Notes: generated by a model from the letters alone, not told the origin. A stretch of DNA of 64,000 bases from Lama glama (GCA_028534125.1 CM052817.1:106828001-106892000), one strand, 5' to 3'; positions 10,991-25,099 are shown, counted from the stretch's first letter. Numbers and translations: made by a program.

Positions 10991-12441
10991 AAGGTGGCAG
11001 CTTGCTCGTCTATGCTAATGAAACAGACCTCCTGTCCTTTCAAGGCCACGTGTGCATTTGACAGGGGCCTCTAAGAGACCTTGCACACAGGCCTCACACA
11101 AAAGTTATCATTTCAGAGGAGGCGGAGATAAATTAGGATGAGTTTAGACCCAGGGCAGGTGGTTTGCAGGAAGGACCTTGTAGGGCCCCAAGGTCATTTA
11201 GGAATTCAACTGTCTGAATCATTTATTCAGCAAAGAAAATGCCATTGGCTTTTTTATTTATCATGCTAATGGGACTCTATTTCTAAGAAACAAGAATGAA
11301 TAAATTCTGCAAAATGGTGTAAACCTGAAAGCGTTCGCTGTCTTGTCCTCACACAAACAAAAGCTTATCCTGACCCAAAGAAGAAAGTCCAAGAGCAGAG
11401 GTGTACAAACATTTGCATGGAAAGGAAGCCCACAATATTTGGCTGACTTTTACAGAAGCGCACACTTCTGCCTGCAAGCTGGATATCTAATGTGTGCAAA
11501 AGTCACTACAAAATAAAAATGTGTCCTAAAAAAGAGGTTCCTGGAGATGAGTTCAGAAATATTCTCAAATACAAAGATACACATTCCATTAAGTCCTAGA
11601 GCTCCATTGTACACGACTGTGACCACAGTTCACAAATCTGTATTGTACACTTAAAAATCTGTCAAGAAGTGGATCACATGTTAAATGTTCTTAAAACAAT
11701 TTTTAAAAAAGAACCCATTATCATGGGTCCATGAATATATGTGATTGTGTTGATCATTCTAATTCATGTTGATTAGCAATTCTGTGAAACAAAATAGTTA
11801 AGTACATTTGCTGCTGCTAAAAGCAAATTTACCAAAGAAGGGGAAAGTGGATACTCAACAAACTCTTTATATTACGCTGGGAGCTATAAATTCTGGACTG
11901 GAAAAGTGTCTAATACACAGAAAATGGGAAGAAAAGGGCCAGAATGGCCAGTAAGTGTTGAAGAGGGATCTTGAAACTACTTTGACCTGAAAAACATTTC
12001 AAAAAACGAAAGCAGTGATTTATAAACTGAAGCACAAATGTAAAACCATATTTGGGTCATCTATTTTCCAAGATCTTTCTGACAACACTGCCATCTGGAG
12101 ACTCGGTTTGACCAAGGACATGAGACTTTAAAGAAAGTTGGACACAGACACTGAAAAGGTTCCCGGTGAAGTCGTTCTTTGTCCCTGGTGATTCTTACAC
12201 TGTTTGTCACTGCAGCCAACAGATGACGGAAAAATGCACAAACTGAAATTTCTTTTGTAAAATTTTAGATGTGCCGAGTTACAAAAGCGAAGATAAATCA
12301 CCTCTGTAATATGCTAATGTGAAGTCTGGATCAGTTAATATGTGGTTTGTCCATTCAGAGGATATTATTTTAGGAGAATTAAGAAAATAATAATAATACA
12401 TTGTAATCTTCATGAGCATGCCAATATTCATAAATATGTTC

Positions 12442-12554
12442 TTTTTTTTAATGTTTACGCTTTTTTTTCTTTTTAATGGAGGTACTGGAGATTGAACCCA
12501 GGACCTCAAGCACACTAAGCATGGGCTCTACCACTGAACTATTACTCACCCCCC
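12442..12554 (-). mobile_element. Camelid tRNA-derived SINE (Vic-type)
   Basis: Reverse-complement head GGAGGTACTGGAGATTGAACCCAGGACCTC..CTCTACCACTGAACTA, T-rich tail, diverged TSD ATAAATATGTTCTT/ATAAAAATATTCTT. Confidence 0.9.
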
Positions 12555-13190
12555 ATAAAAATATTCTTTAATTTATTGGTTTGAGATTGCAAGTAAATAG
12601 ATGTGCTTCTAACCTCAAAACGAGTAGGATCGCAAGACCCGAGAAGCTAGAGACAAAGATAACTCACGTTTCCACCCTATTTCTGTCAGCTGCTCTCAGA
12701 GAACCTTAGCAGCCTCTGAATCTGCTTCCCAAGAGTCCCGTCAAAGGTGTCCAAGTGTTTGCAGAGGGTGTGATGAGCATCCCCTGGGTACCAAAAGTTC
12801 CACGTCTTCTTCCATTGCTCCCACTGAGCACGATGCTACCTCCACTGAGAATAGCTCCCAAAGTTGCCTCTTCTGTGCTGGTCGGCCCTGCCATTCTTGC
12901 ATGGTCTGCCAGGCATGACTACCATTTTCCAGAAGGCAGCGCTGGGTATCCCCACCACTGACAATGTGGGCCCTCCACAATACAAAATTGGAGTGGCAGT
13001 GGGTGGCCTTCATCTTCCTCTTGTGGCTCCTTCTCCAAGACAATGTCAAAGCATGATGGCTTTTGTCCAGACCTTCCAGAAAAGTCCTTCTCCCAAGTGG
13101 TCTTCAGCCTCTTATCCAAACAGATCCTACATTCTCCAAGCTGTCTGTCATCTTTCTCACACAAGAACGTGGTTAAGAGTTTGAGGTCTG

Positions 13191-13348
13191 TGCAGCGAGG
13201 ATGGGGGAGGGTAAGAGCTCAGCGGTAGAGTGCATGCTTAGCATACACGAGGTCCTGGGTTCAATCCCCAGCACCTCCATTAAAGTAAATAAAACCGAAT
13301 TATCTCCCCCCCAAAACATACATAAATACATAAATAAAAAATTTTTAA
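13191..13348 (+). mobile_element. Camelid tRNA-derived SINE (Vic-type)
   Basis: A/B-box tRNA-Ala-like head, A tail, 16-bp TSD AAGAGTTTGAGGTCTG/AAGAGTTTGGGGTCTG. Confidence 0.95.
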
Positions 13349-14077
13349 AAGAGTTTGGGGTCTGATCCAGGGAAAAAGTAAAGAACAGATCCCACTCATA
13401 TCGGAGCTGTGGGTTATCAAAAGGCCTTCAGAGATTTAAGCAATGCTGAATTCCACATAGAAGCAAAAAGACTGACTTTCTTGAGTTTTTCTGTGTGTTC
13501 TGGGTTTAACATAATGTGCTAAATGTCTTGTGGAGACTTTAGTTCAAATTGCTTTTTTTTTAATGATTTAATTTCTTTTTTAAACATTTTTTAAAGCCCC
13601 TCTCGCCCATGGATGCGTTCGCTGGTTTGTGTGGCACGGCTACGGGACACACGTTAGTTGCAGAATCCAGGTTGTTCTCTCACATTTTGTATCCCCATCT
13701 TCATCCCCGTTCATTCTTCATGAGATAGTCTATCAATCCAGCTTCTAAATTTTACTCCTTCTTTACCCGGCAGCAGAGATTTCATTTCCAAAATTCTCTT
13801 TAATCTCTTACTTGAATATCCTCCTAGCAGGTCCCCACACCAGACTTCCAAGCATCCCCCACACCCAGCTGTGTTGGGGACAATGGTCAGATTCAAGCTG
13901 GGCCCTCAGTGGACATGACAGAGCTATTACATGAGCCACAGAGTCAGCTAAAACATAGAGGTGCAGCCCATCACGTGCAGAGAAATATTTGAAGATTGCA
14001 GATTCTGGGTACTTTTGGGCTTTCTGAGGATTATAAAGTCTTGTTGCTTTAAAATGACCAAAAATGACCAATTTAAA

Positions 14078-14579
14078 ATGACTGGATAAAGAAGATGTGG
14101 TACATATATACAGTGGAATACTACTCAGCCGTAAAAAGAATGAAATCATGCCATTTGCAGCAACACGGATGGACCTAGAGATTATCATACTAATTGAAGT
14201 AAGTCAGACAGAGAAAGACAAATATCATATGATATCACTTATATGTGGAATCTAAAAAAGTGATATAAATTATATTTACAAACCAAAAACAGATTCACAG
14301 ACATAGAAAACAAATTATGATTACCCAAGGGGAAAGGGCAGGGAGGGACAAATTAGGGGTTGGGGATTAACAGAGACACACTACTGTATATAAAAGAGAT
14401 AAACAACAAGGACCTACTGTACAGCACAGGGAACTATGTTCAGTATCTTGTAATAATGTATCATGGAAAAGAATCTGAAAAGAAAATACACTTATATGTG
14501 TACGTGTATGTATAACTGAATCACTTTGCTGTGCACCTGAAATTAACCTTGTAAATCAATTACACTTCAATAAAAAAAA
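14078..14579 (+). mobile_element. 5'-truncated L1 with poly(A)
   Basis: TGGATAAAGAAGATGTGGTAC..GCCATTTGCAGCAACA..TGTAAATCAATTACACTTCAATAAAAAAAA; AATGACCA-like duplication on the flanks. Confidence 0.95.
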
Positions 14580-15994
14580 TTCTAATGACCATTAAATCTA
14601 TGGGGGTTTTATCATACCAAATCTGACCAAGTTTTTATAGCCTATCAAAGAGAGAGAATGAGGAAAAGCAGAGTCGGCAGGAGGCTACAGCTGGGACACA
14701 GGGACCCCGTTTCCACCTAGCCACTAAGAAGTTCTGCACTTGAGCGAGGCTGTTACACTCCCTGGCCCTCATTTATTACATGGAAGGGCTGGGCTGAGTG
14801 ATGATCAAAGACCTTTTCAGTTATAACGATTTATTTCGGTCATAAAATGTGATTCCCTATAGAGACCCTTGAAGAGGGGGGCTGCTCCTTGGCTGGTAAG
14901 ATGATTGTACCCAGCGGGAGACCTGGGCAAAAGGCAAAGAGGTTTTCAGAGCTGACAGTACAAAGTGGGAGGCTGCCAGCCAGCGGGAAGGAGACCGAAT
15001 GCCATCTCAGTGCAAAATCTATCTTGACAACATGAAAACCAGCACGCTGTCCGAACGACGGTATTTCACTCTGTATAATCAATGTAAAGCAGATGAAACC
15101 CCTCTCTCAGAACTCTCAAAGGCCAAGTACATGTTAGAATTGGCTTAGTAGATAACCTTACAAGTATGTGCTTTGAGATTAAAGTGCAGTTCACAGGGAT
15201 TCCAGCTAATTTTAAGAAAGGATGAATCTGACTCCATGTAGTTTCCTATCTGGTTTAGAACATCTTTTTTTTTTTTTAAATGTTATCTCTTAGGCAATGG
15301 ATTTTTCCCTTAATCCCAGTGAATGTCAACCTTGTCAGCTACTACCAAAGAGAACCCTACCCAGCTGTTTCTGTGTAGGAAACTCACAATTTAAGTGCAG
15401 AGAATCAACACTTAAAAGGCAGTGGTAATACCCTGGGGGTTTGGCAGAGGAAAAAGTAAATTCCTTGGATCTTGTGCAGGGAAAAGATTCGCACACGGGG
15501 CATGCATATATACAAGCACGCACGCACACACCACCCGCTTCCCAACATTTTCAGGCTTCCTGATGGAAGTTTTGCTTTTCTTCAAGGAATTCAGAGATTT
15601 CTACAGCCTAAGCCAGGATTATTTGAACCAGAAGAAAGCCAAATTAGTCAAAGAGCCAGTAGGGCTAATAATTAGCTGTCTACAGGATTGTAAACCCGAA
15701 AAAGGCACAGTAAGAGATGTGTTTGGGTTTATAGTAACACAGGTAATAGCCATCAAAACTGGGAAGACCAGACACGATGATCATTTATATGGCGAGGCTT
15801 GTCCTTACTATTCAGAACTCTTCACGGTCCAGGAAAGAAAATTGGGATTCAAATGTGAATTTCATGTTTTGTGGCACCTTATTAAAATTATAATGAAAAA
15901 TTCAATTCCTCCGCTTGAAGCTTCAGCGTATAATGAATTGCATAAAAGGACCGAAAAGTACAGGGGAGAAGAAGCGCAGTCCTGCGCGATAAAG

Positions 15995-16165
15995 TAGGAA
16001 GACTATCAGGCTTGGAGTCAGAAGACCTGGATTCTGTTCCCAGCTCTGCTGCTAACTGGCTGACTGATCTGGGGCAAATCGTTTCATTTCTCTGAGCCTC
16101 AGTTTTCCCATTTGTAAAACGTGAGGACTAGTTTAGATGAACACAATTCTATGATCACCAGTGTC
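15995..16165 (+). mobile_element. MIR
   Basis: GGAGTCAGAAGACCTGGATTCTGTTCCCAGCTCTGC..CTCTGAGCCTCAGTTTTCCCATTTGTAAAA core. Confidence 0.85.
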
Positions 16166-17454
16166 AGATCCTGTAGCATTTTCTCTGTCAAGAGAGCCTC
16201 TAAGAAAATCATCATACTCTCGCATAATAGAAAAGAGCATTTCATTAAATCCATCACCTCCCGTGGGGTCTGAGGTAGACAGAGGAGCCCAAACATTTGG
16301 TATATGGATGCATCCAGTCGATCACAATTTATCTGCAGAATATCCCTTTTCTGACATTTAAGAAAGGTCAAAATTCTCAAGAGCTTAATAGGAAGGTTAA
16401 TGTCTTTTACAACGGTATGGCCATTTGGTTATGTTGAATCATTCAAAGGTCCTTGGGACCGTGAAAAATGAATGACAGTGACCTTGAACATCTGCTTGAC
16501 TCTCGTCCAGAGAGTCAGGGTAAGAGAAAGGAAGAATCCAGTGACTCTTTTAAGAAATGACATAGTGGCTGTTAGTAATATATGCAGTGCTCTTTTCGTA
16601 TCTTTTCTACCTTTAGATGTATGTCCTGAGATTCAATTTTATTACATTGAAAGATTTCCGTGCAACGTTTCAGTAGTTTTCTACCCAGGTGGTAAGATGC
16701 TCTATAATTACAGCAAATGTAGGCTGGCGTGACACCTGCCCGGAGTGTTACAAGTGGAAAAGCCAAGAGAGGCAATTAGACATTTGACTGCACAGAGGGA
16801 GCTGCATTAGTGCACACACATTTTTACTTTTAAGGTCCTTTTTGAATTCTCGGTTTGAGCAAAATGGTTGGTTAGCCTCTTTTGCCAGATTCTCGCCCTT
16901 TCACTCAGGTCTGCCGTGATCCTCCTCCATGTGAGAAACAGAATGAGACATCACGTGTTACGGTGATGCTTAACTCACAGAATAAATTAGGCAAATTTGT
17001 TTCAGTAAATGTGTATGTTAAAGCTTTACTTTATCTAGTGTTGAATGTTTTATTTGATAGCACAAGAGAATTTTACCATGTCATTTTACACTTTCCATAG
17101 TCCCAATGTGACAGAAGGCCACCAGTATTTAGAGAAACTTAAACCCTACTTTTTCACTCCTGACCTCATCCCCAATCTCACTTTATAAAAAGTTATTCGA
17201 ATCCAATTGATAGTATATTCCATCTCGTCTCTGAGAAAAAAATCACTGGAGCAACCAATTAGTCACCTGATGTAGATAAATATAAGTGAATTTCAACATT
17301 GTCGCTATTGAAATACTAAGAATGACAGGATTTTTACTGCTCACTTCTGCAAACCTCCTACAGAACATCAAAAAAAAATTTAATGTTTCAAAACATTTTT
17401 ATAAGAAACAGCCCTGAGGGGAGGTGGGGAGACAGTAGACTGAAATAGCAGATT

Positions 17455-17820
17455 TTCTTATTTCCAACTTTACTGAGGAATAATTGACAAATATAATTGC
17501 CTATGTTTAAGGTGTACAAGGCGAAGACTTGATATACACTGTGGAATGATTACCAAGGTCAAGATACTTAACACATCCATTACCTCACATAGTTAACTCT
17601 TTTTTGTGTGTCTGGAGAGAACGCTTAAGATCTACTCTCAGACACGGTTGAGTATACAGCACATTACTATTAACCTTCATCAGCATGTTGTACAGTAGAT
17701 CCTTGGAGCTTAATTCTTATAACTGTAAGTTTGTACTCTTTGACCTGTATCTCCCCACCCTGCAGTCCCTGCCTGGCAACCACTGTTCTGTTCTCTGTGA
17801 ATCTGATGTTCCTCCCTGTG
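17455..17820 (-). mobile_element. Old L1 (L1MA/MB-like) 3' end
   Basis: ACTTTACTGAGGAATAATTGACAAAT..TTAACACATCCATTACCTCACATAGTT..GGCAACCACTGTTCTGTTCTCTGTG. Confidence 0.85.
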
Positions 17821-18105
17821 GATGAAAGTTATGTCATGTTCCTGCAGCCTGCAGGCAATTGATGCAGCTCTGAGCGTATCAGGAGGGGCGGATACACTAT
17901 GTGCAAGAGGGCACCCCATGCAGCTAGGTTTCAGAGCAGCAGAGTCACGGGGCTTTACCAGGGGCCCACAACCTGGGAATTATTTTCTAATCCAAGTGTG
18001 CACAATACTAACACCTGGATAAAGGTTTTTTAAAAATGATTTACTCAAAAACAAAAATTAAAAGGATGATCCACTCCATCAATCTTAAAAGCTCCAGGTG
18101 TTTTT

Positions 18106-18221
18106 GGGGGGTTTTTTTGTTTTTCTTTTTCTTTATTTTTTCAATGGGGCCCTGGGGATTGAACCCAGGACCTCGTGCATGCTAAGCATATGCTCTACCA
18201 CTGAGCTATTCCCACCCCACC
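18106..18221 (-). mobile_element. Camelid tRNA-derived SINE (Vic-type)
   Basis: CTGGGGATTGAACCCAGGACCTCGTGCATGCTAAGCATATGCTCTACCACTGAGCTA with T tail. Confidence 0.95.
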
Positions 18222-19934
18222 ACAGATGTATTTTTTAAATGGAAAAATATCAGGATTTTTAATTCATCCCAATATTTGCTGTAATGCGGTTTTACAGTGT
18301 AAATATTCATAGCTATGAAATGACAGGGACGCTGCAATGACACATCTTACAAAACATTCTAAACTCCTGGGATGCAACGTACTGTGGAATGGCGCATATC
18401 AGGAAGAGTCAATGGTCAAAAGATCTATTTCCTGATTAAATGGTTCTCATCTTAATATTAGAAACATTTAGTTTTTGCATCAAACACCGAAATTATTTTA
18501 TAATAGCTAGTTATTTTATTTGGAATATAGGTCTACCTTCAAAAGCCATGCATCTTGGAAAGGAGGAAGGTATTTAGAGGAAGGCAAGCCAGAGTGATGA
18601 TGTATGGAATTAAAAAAAAAAAATTTGAACCCAGATGTGTTTATTTATTTATTTTTTTTGGCCAAAAGTCTCTTCACAAGTTTTCCTGTATTTTTACTTT
18701 CTCTCCAAACATGATATTAAATTCGGTAAAAAGGCACAGAATAATGATCCCCATGTCTCCTACAAACCTGACTATTACCCAGTTTTATTAACCCACATTC
18801 TTTGCTTGAGCTTTGGGGAGAAAAGCGATTCAACAAAGTTCATGGATGACCTTTGAGTTCAGAACTATTGGGAGAAAACAAAGCCTGCCCCTTATCTTAG
18901 GAAGTCTGACCTGTAAAACTTCCACTGTGATATGTGTCCCCAAGGGGGGACAGAGACAATCCCAGAGGCCCGTCCCATCCCGCCAACCAGTATCAACAAG
19001 ACACGTTGACCTTTTCAGCACAGCATTACTCAAATTTTCTTCACAGCTGTCAACAACCCTGTCCTGCAACTCTGACAGTTTTTAAGGAACCTATTTTTCT
19101 CGCCTTGCCAAATCGAATTGTGAGTGAAATTGCATTGAAGTTGGATATGTTCTTGTTACCCTCGTGTCAGTTAAAGTCTATGTAATTCATATATTGTTCA
19201 TGAAAGTTTACTGAAACATTTGGCGGAAGAAAATGTTTTCCAATTTTAGGACTTTGGAACTATTTCATTTTTAACAAAACAAGGAGTGTGAAGAGTGTTT
19301 TTCCCCTTCCACAAGTCCCTCCAATGTCCTAGGGATAAAAGCTAAATGTGTAGAAATTAGTTGTTTGCTTCTTGAAGTCACTTTACTAATCCAAATTATC
19401 TCAGCAGATAAGTCACTCTGCTGTTGGCTGAATATATAAGAAAGCTAAATTAATTTCTGCACATCATCAAGTGTAAGTTGCTGCCCAGAGGCAGTAAGAT
19501 AGTAATTAGTGTTCTAATGATCGGAAAGAGCTAGAAAGTCAGAGGGAATCAAATACTGGTTGCGTTCCTCCTCTGGAGGCTGTAAAGTCACAACAAGGAG
19601 ATTCCCGCTGACAAGAAGCACACTCCTGTTGGGGAGATGATTGTGTGGACAGAAGTTATATTGTAACACAGGAAAAGTGAAATATGGCGTAAAATGATAG
19701 TTGATATCGATTGGCTGAAACATCAAACAGTGGTACAAAAGTTCGACATGTATTAACTCATTCGATATTCAAAACTCAATGAGAATGTACTGTTATCGGC
19801 GCCATTTTACAGATGAGAAAATGATGAGACAAGAGAAAGATTAAATAACTTGCCAAAAATCACAGACAGCAAGGATCCAAGAGAGAATTTGAGCCAGCTT
19901 GTTGGATGTTAAAATCTTACTCTTTACCACTGTG

Positions 19935-20258
19935 ATCATTGGTGCTCGCTAGCGCTGTTGAACAAATGTTGAAGTTGGAAAGGGGTGGCCACCCGCTTAT
20001 TTTGGCCAATGACAAACGAGCAACAGTGATGTGTCATTTCCATCGGAGACTTTAGGAGCCAGGATGCAATTTACCCCTGAGGGGATCACTGGCATATATA
20101 CCTAGTAAAGCTTCCACTGTCAGGGCGCCTGAGCAGTTACCATGAGCAGAAACCTCCTGTGAACCAACACTGGATGTGTCGCATAGGTGACAATTAAAGA
20201 CTAATTATGTCACACTTATTGAGACTTGGGAATTATTCATTACTACCGTCCTGATACA
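19935..20258 (+). mobile_element. Old MaLR LTR (MLT1J/K-like)
   Basis: TTTGGCCAATGA..GTGATGTGTCATTTCC..TGAGACTTGGGAATTATTCATTAC..CTGATACA; very diverged. Confidence 0.6.
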
Positions 20259-20271
20259 GACATACCACCTA

Positions 20272-20792
20272 TGCTACCGAGTCCAAACTCATCCCGCTCG
20301 CCACATGACAGGCCAATAAGCAGGGAGAGGGGGTGTTAGGGCAAGGAATAGCGAACAACTTGATTCGGAAAGTCAGCAGACTGAGAAGATGGCAGACTCA
20401 TGTCCTGGGGAACCATCTTCCCCAAGTCAGAATTCATAATCCTTTTATAATAAAAGGGAGAGGGTGTGCTTGGTTGTTGCAAACTTCTTGGTGTTGGAAT
20501 CCTTTGTTCTTGCAGCTGTCCACGTAGGTCAGAACATGATGTCCCTGCAAACCTCCAACAAGACAAATGTTATTTTCTGTTCTGCAACTTTTTATCTCTA
20601 TATGAATGGAAAAGTGTTAATCCTTAAAAGTCAGAGCCTTGAGAATGGGCTCTCCTGTCTATTTCAGGCTCTAGGCAACATCCTTTTACAAAAGGTGCAG
20701 AACCAGCATGACTGAGCCCAGGAAACAGAGCCCAGGGTTAGAGTCAAAGGAACAGGTCTAATGTGGAGTCAGATTTATTCTTCCCTATTACA
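20272..20792 (-). mobile_element. ERV1-like solo LTR, family A copy 2
   Basis: Minus TGTAATAGGGAAGAATAAATCTGACTCC..GGACTCGGTAGCA; perfect TSD CCTA (20268-20271, 20793-20796). Confidence 0.92.
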
Positions 20793-23464
20793 CCTATTCA
20801 ATGATGAGGTTCATTCAGGCTCACTTAATGACATACCCAGGTGAAAGCAGGACACAGAAAGAGAAAAAAGTTTAAGCAAAGGCCCTAAAGCTAGAAAGCA
20901 GGAAGCTTCTAAGAACTGCAAATGGTTGCGAGAACTGAAGATTTTTACATTAGGATAAAGCCATAACATGCACATAAAATTTGATTTGCTTAAGAACTGA
21001 CTTTTTTCAACAATCCCTTTTTTAAAGTCATGGTAAATAAAGAGTTCTAAATTACTTATTAGCTTATATACTTAGGGATGTCAACAAATCCTTAATTTCA
21101 TTAAGACAAGTGTTAGGGGCTTAATCTTGTTTCATTGTTGTCACAGAATCAAGACAAAATTTTCGAAGAGACTGATTTTAAGCAGTCACTCAGGTTGTTA
21201 GTGGCAGACGGTCAGCTAGCAAGATCTCCTGATTCCCAGCATTTCTTGCTCCTTTCTCATTCCATTTTTCATTTTTACTTTAAATTTGTAGGTGAGCAGG
21301 AGTGATCTGGTAACATCTTTTTTTTCTCCTTTTTCAGTTTTATTAGGTAGAATTATTACAGTGCAACTGCACATAACACATTATATTGCATGTAAATACA
21401 TATATACAGTATGTGCACATTTTTTTAGAGTAACATCTTATTTTAAGGGCAGATTCACAATTTGTTAAAATGTTCACTGGTGATATAAATACAAATGAGC
21501 TCAATTTCTCAATACCCCCTCACCAGCAGGCTTAGCGTTCCGAGCTGCAGAACAATGCTTATTGTTTAATAGGCTTTCATAATTATTTGTCATTTTCTGT
21601 GACAGGTAAAGGCATTGTGAATATTGCATTAATTATTTCTAAATTTTAGTTATGTATTATACCCTTTGATGAAGACATTTTTGTCTGATTAAGGATGAAT
21701 ATTGACAACTTATTTTTTCATATATGGAGATCAACATTCCTTTCTCAGCTGATAGAAATTATCTCTGAATGATTTAGAAAACTTTGCCAGGTAAACCACC
21801 TTTGCTAAACAAACATTGCTTTGAAATGGGCTCACCTTTGGCAAATTGTTTTGGGAAGATGTGATAGACATGCGTGTTTACACCAAAAGGGCAGGTGTAG
21901 TGTAAGGGCAATGAAAGGCTGATCCGCTTTTTCAGCACTGAACTTAGAGGCAGAAAGTTTTGTTGAAATTGAAACTCAGGTCAGAATCTGAACCTCTGTC
22001 TGTCTCTCTTAAGTGCAAATTCAGCTCTGTAATTGCCTCTACTCTGCTATTGCCTTCCTGGAGAACTGGAAAATTGATGAGATATTGATGGAAGTTCTGC
22101 AAGATGGAAAAAAAAAAAGAGACAACAAAATAAATACACAAAATATAAAATAACGTTTCTATGAATATAGAAATTCTTTCTTTCACCCTGGGTTTCTTGA
22201 GAGTTATCACTCACCCTCTTAGATAATGAAAAGCTGTTAGGTATCCTTACACTTTCTCTGTATGTTGCCTTCAGTATTATTTGTCTCCCTTCCTTTACAT
22301 CCCGCCCCAGATACATACACACTATACGCTACTTTTTGCATTTTTGCACTTCACCAAACACTTTTCTTCCACCACATTTCCTTTATAGAAGTGTCTTCAA
22401 ACAATCTCTAATTCTATCCATCTGGTCATGCAATGTGTCTAAAACCCATACTGTTCATTTTTCATCCCTTGGGCAGATCCTCTTCAATTTCAGCTAATTT
22501 TTTCTCCTCAGTGAGCATTTCTCCTCACCCATGCATGAACGCTGTGCAGGGACAGAAGCTGTGACTGTAGTCTGCACAGAGCAGCCTTCAGTTCTTTCAC
22601 AGGAGTGGGTTTGATAGAAGGAAACTTAAAACGATGTTCCTGTCTTTTAGCGTCTAATGCTAAATGATCCATTTCCAGTCATCCTACTTTCTGACCCAGT
22701 TTCTAAAAGCACATTCTCGTGAAAAACAAAGAAAGTTTATAAATAATGTGCTTCATTTCCTTGCCTCTTAGCAGAGAGAAGGAACGATTGAATGAAACTT
22801 CTTCAATTCTAAGAGAAGACTAAGCCAAGTATCCCTGCCCATAAATTCTAATGTTTGAAGGTTGTTCAGTGAAAGACTCTGCCTCCTCTGAGGTCCTTCC
22901 TCATCTCTTCTGTGTCCTTCTCTGCCCTGCTCCTTCTTCATGGGATTGACCAATATAAGGCTACATCACACTGGACAGCTAGCTCTTGCTACATGACTTC
23001 TGATTGGGCTCAACCAATGGGATTTATTGTCAAAAGATTGGAGGGCAGGGAAAAAAAGAGGTTGAAGTATTTTGTCCCCATACCTACCCACTCTGGGCCA
23101 CTTTTACATCAGTGGCTGCATCCTTTCATGGGCTCAGCTACTATGATTCCTCTTCTTAGTTCCAGCTTTCACTGGACTCTATTAATGTTATTTCCTCTCC
23201 TTGCCCATTCAGGACTAAAAATGCTAACTACTCCTTACTGTTACTAATGTCTTGATATGGTAACACTCCTTAGTAATAAGTTCCCTCAAGTTTCTACACT
23301 CAGATACACACTCTCTTCATGAAAACATCTTGCATCACTTCAATTTCATTTCCCACCGGGAGATAGCTGATATAATCGGCTTACTTGATTGTTGTGTAAA
23401 TTACAAGTGTTATTCCAGTGGAAGCTACTGCCAGACAATCATCTTAAAGGGGTAAAGCTAAAGC

Positions 23465-24025
23465 CACCTGTCTTTCAAAGAGATGTTTGTACACCCATGT
23501 TCATGGTAGCCCTATTCACAATAGGTAAAATGTGGAAATAACCAAAGTGTCCATCAACAGATGAATGGATAAACAAATTTGCTGTATATACACAATGGAA
23601 TATCATTCAGCCTTAAAAAAGGAAGGGAACTCTGACATCTGCTACAATATGGGTGAAGCTTGAGACTATTATCTCATTAAGTGAAATAAACCAAGCAAAA
23701 AAGATAAATACCGTATGATTCTACTAATATGAAGTTCATAGGGTAGTCAAAATCACAAAGACAGAAAGTACCATACTGATTTCCAAGGGCTGGGGGAGAG
23801 AGAATAGGAAGTAAAATAACAGCCTGATGTGTAAAGAGTTTCAGTTTTGCAAGATGAGAAGAGTTCTGAAGGTGGATGGTGGTGATGATTGCACAAAAAT
23901 ATGAATGTACTTAATACCACTGAATTGGACATATAAAAATGGTTAAGATGTGCACTTAAAAGTGGTTAACATAACAGAAATATTGTGTTATATGTATTCT
24001 ACCACAATAAAGAAATTGAAAAAAA
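23465..24025 (+). mobile_element. Old L1 (L1MB-like) 3' fragment
   Basis: GTACACCCATGTTCATGGTAGC..CCATCAACAGATGAATGGATAAAC..TTTCAGTTTTGCAAGATGAGAAGAGTTCTG..CTACCACAATAAA. Confidence 0.9.
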
Positions 24026-25099
24026 TAGTAAAACTTGATGCAATATGTGAGGAGTAAATAATCCATGTAAAGCACTCAGCCCAGGCCTGAGAAATAGTAC
24101 GTGTTCCTGGCTATGACTGTTTTGCTGTCCTTGATGCATTTATTCTGTTTCAGCTTTAACATCCTTATGGTAACAAATGATAGTTTTAGTCGCGGTGCTG
24201 TTTCCTTTTTACACTGAAGAAAGCTGTATGTGCAAGGTTTTGCTTTACAGAGCATTCATTCATTCAAAGATGCTGTTTTCTGTGACCACTGGTCTAGAGG
24301 GTGCTGTTGGAAGCATTAAAGAAGGTGCCTCTAAATGAGAACGTATAAGGAAGTTTCCATGGAGGAGGTGGTGTGTCAGCTGGGTTCTGGTAGACCAGTA
24401 GGAGCCAGAAGAAGTTCCATGAAAAGGTAGGAAAGATAGACAGAGATAGTTAGAATATGCAGACAGCCAGGGACCTAGAATTATGGAGTGTGGTTAATAA
24501 GGAATTTCCTTTTACTTTCCTATGGTGCTTTGTTTAGAGTTTCATCTCTATGGATTTAAAATAAAATAAAAATAATACTTATGAAGTATTCGTGTAAAGA
24601 TCCGTACACCCCAAAGATAAATATGTAGGTAAATGGATTTCTTAAAGCACAACAGATGTTGATAAAAATATTTGCCATTCTTTTGACTGACTAGCATCTA
24701 AACTTATCTCCTGTGTGGAGGAATCTTCAATCTTTTGAGTCTCAGAAGACTCAGCATTCCATCCTAGAAGCTTAAGATTTTCAAGTCCTCAACCTCCCTT
24801 GTAAATAAGTCAATGTGGTCCAGGCTTTGCCAAAGAGACTCAGTATCTTAAACTTGAATAGGGAGCTGGAGACATGAGGAATTAGGAGATAAAGGAACAA
24901 ATTATGACCTGGAAAGCAGCCAGAACAAGATCAAGATCCTGGACAGGAAGAAAAAAACTACTCAAATGGAAACACATGATACCTTTCATGAAAAAGGAAG
25001 GACGACTAAGAGGTGGAGCTAAAAACCCAGAGAGAAGAGCCAAAAGTCCTTGAAAATTAATTAATCTTTGAACATTTTCCAAGCTATATTTCAGAAGTT

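Noticed and set aside
12706..13184. Overlapping ORFs as a processed pseudogene
   Set aside because: No recognisable protein in any frame; no poly(A) or TSD.
13202..13278. tRNA-Ala-like genes (this and eight similar copies)
   Set aside because: They have A-rich tails, TSDs and substitutions, so they are SINE heads rather than tRNA genes.
10476..20792. Family A copies 1 and 2 as paired LTRs of one ~10-kb provirus
   Set aside because: Each has its own TSD (AAGG versus CCTA), and the DNA between contains SINE, L1 and MIR, not gag/pol/env.
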